The notes beneath the pieces were generated by a model that saw only the letters and a program-made list of their open reading frames with translations, was not told the origin of the DNA and did no database searches. Position numbers and translations under genes: made by a program. Positions 53,675-58,266 of a DNA stretch of 58,266 bases are shown here, in pieces. The DNA comes from an uncultured Bdellovibrionales bacterium (GTDB taxonomy: Bacteria > Patescibacteriota > Minisyncoccia > Moranbacterales > UBA1568), in contig CAZCNN010000004.1 in NCBI GenBank assembly GCA_964500505.1, forward strand, positions 1 through 58,266, given 5' to 3'. The number at the start of each line of letters is the position of its first letter. The stretch's first letter is position 1.

Positions 53675-55147
53675 ATGGAGAAGGATCGGGTCTTCCTCTC
53701 TGTCGTCCTCGCCTGTATCGGTGGTATCGCCGTGGGCTCGTTTGTGACCCTGCCACTTCTCCCACTCTCCTTGCTTTCGGGGGCCATCGCTCTCGCTTTT
53801 TGGGTGGTCTATCCGGGGTGGCGGACGCTGTGCCTCACTTTGTGTCTCATGTGTTTCGTGTGGGGAGGAGAGGTGACGGCGGTCGAGCGTGAGCATTATG
53901 CGTCGCTCGTTTCTCCGGGTCTCGTCACAGGGACGGTACGGGTAGTCGGTAATCCCGAGGAGCGAGATACCTACCGACGTACGATACTTCGCTTTAGCGG
54001 CTGTGAAGCAGGTCAGTGTCCCAAGGAGCGAGTCCTCTGGCAGGCGCCCCTCGGTCTCACAGTGTCACCGGGGGCACAGTTTCGGTTTTCTTGCGAGCTC
54101 GCCGTCCCAGAGAACTTCACCTCGGAGTTTGACTATCGTATGTTTCTCGCGAAGGAGAGGATAGGGAGTACCTGCCTCCGCGGTGGAGTAGCAGAGCGTC
54201 TCATGGTGGATACGCGTGAGCGCCTCACTACGTTCCTCTATCTCCCCAAGCACGCTCTCGAGCAAGCACTCTCGCAGGCACTGGTCGAGCCTGAGGCTGG
54301 ACTGGCCAAGGGTCTCCTCCTCGGTGGCGACCACTATCTGCCGGAGGCACTGAAGGATGCCTTTACCGCAGTCGGGCTCTCACACATGATTGCCGTCTCA
54401 GGATACAACATCACCATCATTGCAGGACTCCTCCTCTACTGTGGGCTGTTTTTTGGGCTGTGGCGACGTCAGGCGATCTGGTCGGTGCTCATCGGCATTG
54501 TGTTTTTCATTGTCATGATTGGTCTCCCGGCCTCCGCGGTTCGAGCGGGGGCGATGGCGAGTGTCGTCTTTGTGGCGCTCCAGCTTGGACGGCTGGCTCA
54601 ACCAGTCAATGCGCTCCTCTTGGCTGGGGCAGTGATGCTCTTCATGAATCCACTCCTCTTTCGCTACGATCTCGGCTTTCAGCTCTCGTTTCTCGCTACC
54701 CTCGGAATCCTTTGGATTGCACCGTATCAAGAGCACCTCTTGCCTCAGCAGCCCGTGCTCCGCCAATTGAGTGAAGTACTCATCGTGACGCTCGTGGTCG
54801 AAGTGTTTGTGCTCCCTATCATCCTCTTCTCTTTTCATGTTTTCTCGCCGGTTATCATCATCGGTAATTTCTTGGTGTGGCTGGTACCCATTGCAATGGC
54901 TCTGTCGTTTCTCTCGGGCATACTTTTTCTCATCATGCCAGGGGCTCATCTCGTCGCAAGTCCCTTGGCCTACCTCGTCCTCACCACTATCACGAGGAGT
55001 GTCGAGTGGTTGGGGAGTCTCGAGGCTCTCATCCGAGTCGAGCACTTTGGTCCCTGGCACCTCACCCTGTGGTATGTCATACTCGCGATAGCTATCCTCT
55101 TCATATCAAGGCACTTCCCTCGAATTTCCTATGCGTACCGGGTATAA
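53675..55147 (+). CDS. comEC: ComEC/Rec2 DNA-uptake channel (DUF4131 plus Competence domain only)
   Basis: GLAKGLLLGGDHYLPEALKDAFTAVGLSHMIAVSGYNITII and multiple TM segments. No C-terminal metallo-beta-lactamase domain in this ORF. Confidence 0.9.
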   Translation: MEKDRVFLSVVLACIGGIAVGSFVTLPLLPLSLLSGAIALAFWVVYPGWRTLCLTLCLMCFVWGGEVTAVEREHYASLVSPGLVTGTVRVVGNPEERDTYRRTILRFSGCEAGQCPKERVLWQAPLGLTVSPGAQFRFSCELAVPENFTSEFDYRMFLAKERIGSTCLRGGVAERLMVDTRERLTTFLYLPKHALEQALSQALVEPEAGLAKGLLLGGDHYLPEALKDAFTAVGLSHMIAVSGYNITIIAGLLLYCGLFFGLWRRQAIWSVLIGIVFFIVMIGLPASAVRAGAMASVVFVALQLGRLAQPVNALLLAGAVMLFMNPLLFRYDLGFQLSFLATLGILWIAPYQEHLLPQQPVLRQLSEVLIVTLVVEVFVLPIILFSFHVFSPVIIIGNFLVWLVPIAMALSFLSGILFLIMPGAHLVASPLAYLVLTTITRSVEWLGSLEALIRVEHFGPWHLTLWYVILAIAILFISRHFPRISYAYRV

Positions 55148-55982
55148 ACTCCTCCTTTTGTCGCTTGCTGTCATCGCTCTCATGGGCGGGCTCCTCCTGT
55201 GGCACCTGTCGCTCCTCTCGAAGCAGGCCGAGGTAGTGTTCCTCGATGTGGGTCAGGGCGATGCTATCCTCATCATCGACGGCAGTCACCAGATACTCAT
55301 CGATGGTGGACGTTCTGGGCGAGAGCTCCTCGCACGTATCGGGCGTCATGTCCCGTTCTGGGATCGGCAGATTGAGCTTGTCATCGCGACTCATCCGGAT
55401 GCGGACCATATTGGTGGCCTCCCAGCTCTCCTCCGTACCTATCGGGTGCTCCAGGTCATGACGACGGGGGCGGAGAGTGAGACTGAGACGTCGCGCTTGT
55501 TTCAAGAGGCCATCCGCCAGCGGACCGGTGGGCCACCGCTCCAGGTTTTTCGGGGGACCGAGATACAACTGCCGAGTGGTGGCGTACTCCGTATCGAGTA
55601 CCCGTTGGCACCTATTGATGGAGTGGTCCCAGATGGCGACACCAACGAGGGGAGTATTGTCGCCCGCCTCACGTATGGCGAGACGAGTTTTCTCTTCACA
55701 GGCGATCTCCCACGAGAGGAGATGGTCCTTGTAGATGAGGCACCAGTCACCGTCCTCAAAGTGGCGCACCACGGCTCCAAGCATTCATCGAGCGCTACCT
55801 TTCTCAACCAAATTCGACCCAAAGAGGCAGTAGTCTCGGTAGGGGAGAATAGCTATGGTCATCCAGACCCCGGCGTGCTCGGACGGCTCGAGGCACTTGG
55901 CGCCATCATCCGCCGGACCGACCAGGTTGGTGATGTCGTCTATCACTGTACCGACCTGAAACAATGCGCCTATGTTCCATAG
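55131..55982 (+). CDS. Membrane-anchored metallo-beta-lactamase-fold hydrolase (ComEC C-terminal domain encoded as a separate gene)
   Basis: VVFLDVGQGDAILI, ATHPDADHIGG, KVAHHGSKHSS. N-terminal TM segment. Overlaps the comEC 3' end by 17 nt in another frame. Confidence 0.88.
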   Translation: MRTGYKLLLLSLAVIALMGGLLLWHLSLLSKQAEVVFLDVGQGDAILIIDGSHQILIDGGRSGRELLARIGRHVPFWDRQIELVIATHPDADHIGGLPALLRTYRVLQVMTTGAESETETSRLFQEAIRQRTGGPPLQVFRGTEIQLPSGGVLRIEYPLAPIDGVVPDGDTNEGSIVARLTYGETSFLFTGDLPREEMVLVDEAPVTVLKVAHHGSKHSSSATFLNQIRPKEAVVSVGENSYGHPDPGVLGRLEALGAIIRRTDQVGDVVYHCTDLKQCAYVP

Positions 55983-55991
55983 GCTTGAGAG

Positions 55992-56020
55992 TTGCCAAAG
56001 GGGAGAAAGCCCGCTATACT
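55992..56020 (+). promoter_or_regulatory. Putative promoter TTGCCA-17-TATACT
   Basis: TTGCCA at 55992-55997 and TATACT at 56015-56020. Confidence 0.5.
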
Positions 56021-56085
56021 ACTTTCCGACGTAGAAAAAGGTCACCGAGTTGCCAAGAATGACGCTCCGTGTCATAATTATCTGG

Positions 56086-56269
56086 GTAACTCTCTCACAT
56101 CTCATGTCTCTAGAAAATGTTCAGATTTCGTGATGAAAATCATGAAAAGTGAGGAGGGCTATCATGATAACCTGACGAGCTTTGAGAGGTTTTCAGCCGA
56201 AATCTGGACGTTTTATGAGACAAGTATTTGCTTCTTATACAGGGAAGCGGTGAGATGTGAGAGAGTTAC
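56086..56269 (+). ncRNA. Candidate 184-nt highly structured RNA (long irregular hairpin, unknown family)
   Basis: 19-bp perfect closing stem (56086-56104 with 56251-56269), coaxial TGTCTC/GAGACA (56105-56110 with 56217-56222), and a 17-bp helix (56114-56130 with 56198-56214). That helix contains two U.G pairs that would be A.C on the other strand. There is a 28-nt 3' bulge and the apical hairpin ATCATGA-16nt-TCATGAT. Confidence 0.5.
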
Positions 56270-56298
56270 TTGTATAAGTTTTTAGATTCAAAACGTGT

Positions 56299-56904
56299 AT
56301 GGCTACACATCCGAAAAAGGAGCGTACCCTCATCATCGTGAAGCCCGATGGCATCCAGCGTTCACTCATGGGCGAGATCCTCATGCGTATCGAACGCACG
56401 GGACTCAAGTTTGTGGCGGTCAAGTTTCTCCTCCCAGAAGCAGACCAGTGCTGGACTCACTACAATAAGGATGACGAGTGGTTCCTGAAGAAGGGGACGC
56501 GTATCGTCGATGACCGGACTGCTCAGAATCTGCCGATTGAAAAGGAGGCCTCTGAATACGGCAAGGACATTATTCAGTCAAACGTTGATTTCTTTACCTC
56601 CGGCCCAGTCCTCGCAGCCGTGATCGAAGGCAACCAGTCAGTGGCTATCGTGAAGAAGTTGGTCGGTGGGACCGAGCCGACGACCTCTGATGTGGGAACG
56701 ATTCGTGGCGATATGACGGTTGACTCCTATGCGCTCTCGAGCATCGACAATCGTGCCGTTCGTAACCTCATCCACTGTTCAGATAGTCCGGAAGAGGCCG
56801 AGCGCGAGATCCCTATCTGGTTCAAGCCAACTGACATCATTAGCTATCGTCTCGTTCAAGAGCAGGTGCTCTACGATGTGAACCTCGATGGTATATTGGA
56901 GTAA
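56299..56904 (+). CDS. ndk: Nucleoside-diphosphate kinase (long form with an about 45-aa insertion)
   Basis: ERTLIIVKPDGIQRSLMGEILMRIERTGLKFVAVK, SGPVLAAVIEG, GTIRGD, NLIHCSDS (active-site His). Confidence 0.92.
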   Translation: MATHPKKERTLIIVKPDGIQRSLMGEILMRIERTGLKFVAVKFLLPEADQCWTHYNKDDEWFLKKGTRIVDDRTAQNLPIEKEASEYGKDIIQSNVDFFTSGPVLAAVIEGNQSVAIVKKLVGGTEPTTSDVGTIRGDMTVDSYALSSIDNRAVRNLIHCSDSPEEAEREIPIWFKPTDIISYRLVQEQVLYDVNLDGILE

Positions 56905-56921
56905 TCTTCCAATCTATCTAC

Positions 56922-56952
56922 AAAAAAGACTCCCAAGAGGGGGTCTTTTTTG
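56922..56952 (+). terminator. ndk terminator
   Basis: AAAGACTCCC-AAGA-GGGGGTCTTT followed by a T-run. Confidence 0.8.
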
Positions 56953-56998
56953 TTTTGTATGTACTGTTTGGAGCTCAAAATAAGGATTATTTTGACTA

Positions 56999-57027
56999 TT
57001 GACAAAGTGGTCAATCAAGCGTATAAT
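56999..57027 (+). promoter_or_regulatory. Perfect consensus promoter TTGACA-17-TATAAT
   Basis: TTGACA at 56999-57004 and TATAAT at 57022-57027. Confidence 0.6.
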
Positions 57028-57145
57028 GCCGTCTATCAGTGCGCCACAAGCCATTGGTACAACTTCGAGGGACGTCAGACCGACGCACCTCCCAGGCTCC
57101 CTGCGTGTTTGCAGGGTTTCGAGTTCCTTATTTCGAGGGGCGCCT

Positions 57146-57364
57146 ATGCCCAATTCAAAAAAAGAATGGGACTGCAAAGTCCACAATCCAGCATGCATCC
57201 TGACACAAGAAGGAGGAATGGCTTGCCAGAACTCCATCCGTGCAGGAAACTGCTCGAGGCCGATACCGCGCGACGGCATCTCGTCCCTGTATCGCGTCTA
57301 CGTTTTTCGGCAGAAAGCCAGCGCCAATGTCGAGCCTGCGCTCGCCAATGGCACCAACATCTGA
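57146..57364 (+). CDS. Small Cys-rich hypothetical protein (72 aa) in a GC-rich patch
   Basis: GAGGGG lies 5 nt before the ATG. Sequence MPNSKKEWDCKVHNPAC...MACQNSIRAGNC. The stop overlaps the Shine-Dalgarno sequence of the next ORF. Confidence 0.4.
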   Translation: MPNSKKEWDCKVHNPACILTQEGGMACQNSIRAGNCSRPIPRDGISSLYRVYVFRQKASANVEPALANGTNI

Positions 57365-57374
57365 GGAGACGAAC

Positions 57375-57572
57375 ATGCCCGACGCCCCCACCGAGAGCAA
57401 TCTCAGCGAAGGTGAGCTATCACCTGAGCTCACTCCAGAACAACGAGAACGCTTGCATCGCGTTCGGGAACGGATTGAAGGGTCTGATGACATCAATCCG
57501 AATCTGGCTGATACACGTGAACGCGCCGCCGAGCATGGCTTCGTCTGGAAGCGAACGCCGTTCGGCAGCTAG
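57375..57572 (+). CDS. Small acidic hypothetical protein (65 aa)
   Basis: GAGGAG lies 6 nt before the ATG. Followed by a terminator. No family recognised. Confidence 0.5.
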   Translation: MPDAPTESNLSEGELSPELTPEQRERLHRVRERIEGSDDINPNLADTRERAAEHGFVWKRTPFGS

Positions 57573-57594
57573 CCGGTAACGCCGGCACCAACAC

Positions 57595-57625
57595 GAGGCA
57601 TCCAACGCGGTGCCTCTTTTCATTT
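57595..57625 (+). terminator. Terminator of the two-ORF cassette
   Basis: GAGGCATC-6nt-GGTGCCTC followed by TTTTCATTT. Confidence 0.7.
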
Positions 57626-57668
57626 GTCTAAAATTTTGTTACGCTCCTTATGTTCCAAGCAATCAAGA

Positions 57669-57718
57669 GCGGGCTGTAGCCCGCCAGAGGTTTACCTGCC
57701 ATAGGCATGGCGGGTAAA
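57669..57718 (+). repeat. Two perfect hairpins forming the tRNA-Pro(GGG) leader
   Basis: GCGGGC-TGTA-GCCCGC, then TTTACCTGCCAT-AGGC-ATGGCGGGTAAA (12 bp), an inverted pair of the TTTACC(C/T)GCC core. Ends 5 nt before the tRNA. Confidence 0.65.
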
Positions 57719-57723
57719 TATAT

Positions 57724-57794
57724 CGGGCTGTAGTATATCGGCAGTACGCATGCATGGGGTGCATGTAGGCCGGGTTCGATTCCCGGCAGCCCGA
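57724..57794 (+). tRNA. tRNA-Pro (anticodon GGG)
   Basis: CGGGCTG/CAGCCCG acceptor with C1-G72 and A73, anticodon loop AT-GGG-GT, T arm CCGGG-TTCGATT-CCCGG. Confidence 0.92.
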
Positions 57795-57818
57795 CTACGT
57801 AGACAAAGGCTGGGGGAT

Positions 57819-57843
57819 AAAAAGCAATCTGCTTTGCTTTTTA
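57819..57843 (+). terminator. AT-rich terminator after tRNA-Pro(GGG)
   Basis: AAAGCAA-TCTGCT-TTGCTTT followed by a T-run. Confidence 0.55.
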
Positions 57844-57844
57844 T

Positions 57845-57985
57845 GGGCAACCCAAAGAACCGTCCTGGTTCCTTGGATAGGTTGCCCGGGAACTTGAGTT
57901 CGAGTTCCCCGACCACTTCTCGCTGTAGCGAGAAGTGAGATGGGCAGGCCCGCCAGAGGCGGACAGGGATTCTGCTTACCCCGAC
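57845..57985 (+). repeat. Array of four consecutive near-perfect hairpins containing T-arm-like and GGTTCC/CAGGGATT cores
   Basis: H1 57845-57887 (8 + 8 bp). H2 GGGAAC-10nt-GTTCCC (57888-57909). H3 CACTTCTCGC-TGTA-GCGAGAAGTG (57914-57937). H4 CCGCC-AGA-GGCGG (57950-57962). The array then continues ACAGGGATTCTGCTTACCCC. Confidence 0.6.
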
Positions 57986-58021
57986 AATGACGATGAAAAA
58001 TTCCCCGGAGCATGAGGCCTA

Positions 58022-58074
58022 GGTTCCCCACTTGCAACGCTTATGCGTAGCATTGCGGTCAGGGATTTTTACCC
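58022..58074 (+). repeat. Second copy of the GGTTCC-hairpin-CAGGGATT module seen at 101-148
   Basis: 43 of 46 nt identical to 101-146. Continues TTTTTACCC as in the tRNA-Gly trailers. Confidence 0.7.
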
Positions 58075-58266
58075 ATCAGGCAGTAGCCTATCACTTCGAG
58101 GGCTCGGCCGAAGACGTTGGGCCCGTGGCATTTGTCCGGGGTGACCGCGTGGTGTTTCACTCGAGTGTCCCACAGGGCATCGTCACCCAGTTCGGCGTCG
58201 ATGAGGAGCCACTCATTGTCCTCGAATACGTCGAGTCGGCTGCGACTACCCTTGTGTGTCGCGACC
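58059..58266 (-). CDS. 3' end of a GC-rich ORF running off the window (hypothetical)
   Basis: Hand translation of the minus strand gives ...WLLIDAELGDDALWDTRVKHHAVTPDKCHGPNVFGRALEVIGYCLMGKNP-stop (stop codon is the complement of 58059-58061). About 63% GC on one sampled line. Not in the supplied ORF track because it has no start codon in the window. Confidence 0.35.
   Translation of the reverse strand, partial: VATHKGSRSRLDVFEDNEWLLIDAELGDDALWDTRVKHHAVTPDKCHGPNVFGRALEVIGYCLMGKNP

Noticed and set aside
55992-56285. 97-aa ORF upstream of ndk
   Set aside because: It starts inside the -35 box of the predicted promoter. Its codons span both arms of a 19-bp plus 17-bp paired structure, so an RNA or MITE explanation fits better.

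Overview
This 58.3-kb chromosomal fragment looks like a Candidate Phyla Radiation / Patescibacteria (Parcubacteria-like) genome; that placement is an inference from gene content. Hand counts on sample lines give roughly 40-50% GC. The coding content is compact housekeeping: rpoB-rpoC, ftsK, recA, rpsF-ssb-rpsR-efp, gyrB, rplY, pth, lepB, hisS, rpsU, ybeY, dgkA, ftsA-ftsZ, nrdR, comEC, ndk and thrS. It also carries CPR-typical envelope and surface proteins: DUF4012, a lamin-tail/PKD protein, an LCP protein, two peptidoglycan hydrolases and a 1,493-aa Cys/Thr-rich Ig/Fn3 giant. There are four tRNAs: Pro-UGG, Gly-UCC, Gly-CCC and Pro-GGG. I saw no rRNA, CRISPR array, transposase, integrase or recognisable defence gene. 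The unusual content is mostly non-coding. (1) Every tRNA gene sits among GC-rich hairpin repeats that share cores (TTTACCCGCC, CAGGGATT, GGTTCC-hairpin-GGGATT) and are mixed with tRNA fragments: an exact 53-nt copy of the tRNA-Pro 5' part that breaks off inside the T-loop, and a tRNA-Gly-like 3' half with a T-loop insertion. (2) Several promoter-plus-structure units have no ORF. The best are a 184-nt, almost fully paired hairpin RNA candidate upstream of ndk, a ~95-nt terminator-bounded sRNA candidate between thrS and the DUF4012 gene, a ~330-nt leader after a consensus promoter, and a terminator-ended leader before rpsF. (3) Four patches of ~60-63% GC hold orphan or surface genes and look horizontally acquired. 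Also notable are ThrRS without an editing domain, HisRS with a Lys-rich N-terminal tail, ComEC split into two genes, and EF-P with Arg at the modification site. All functional calls rest on motifs read by eye; no database search was possible.
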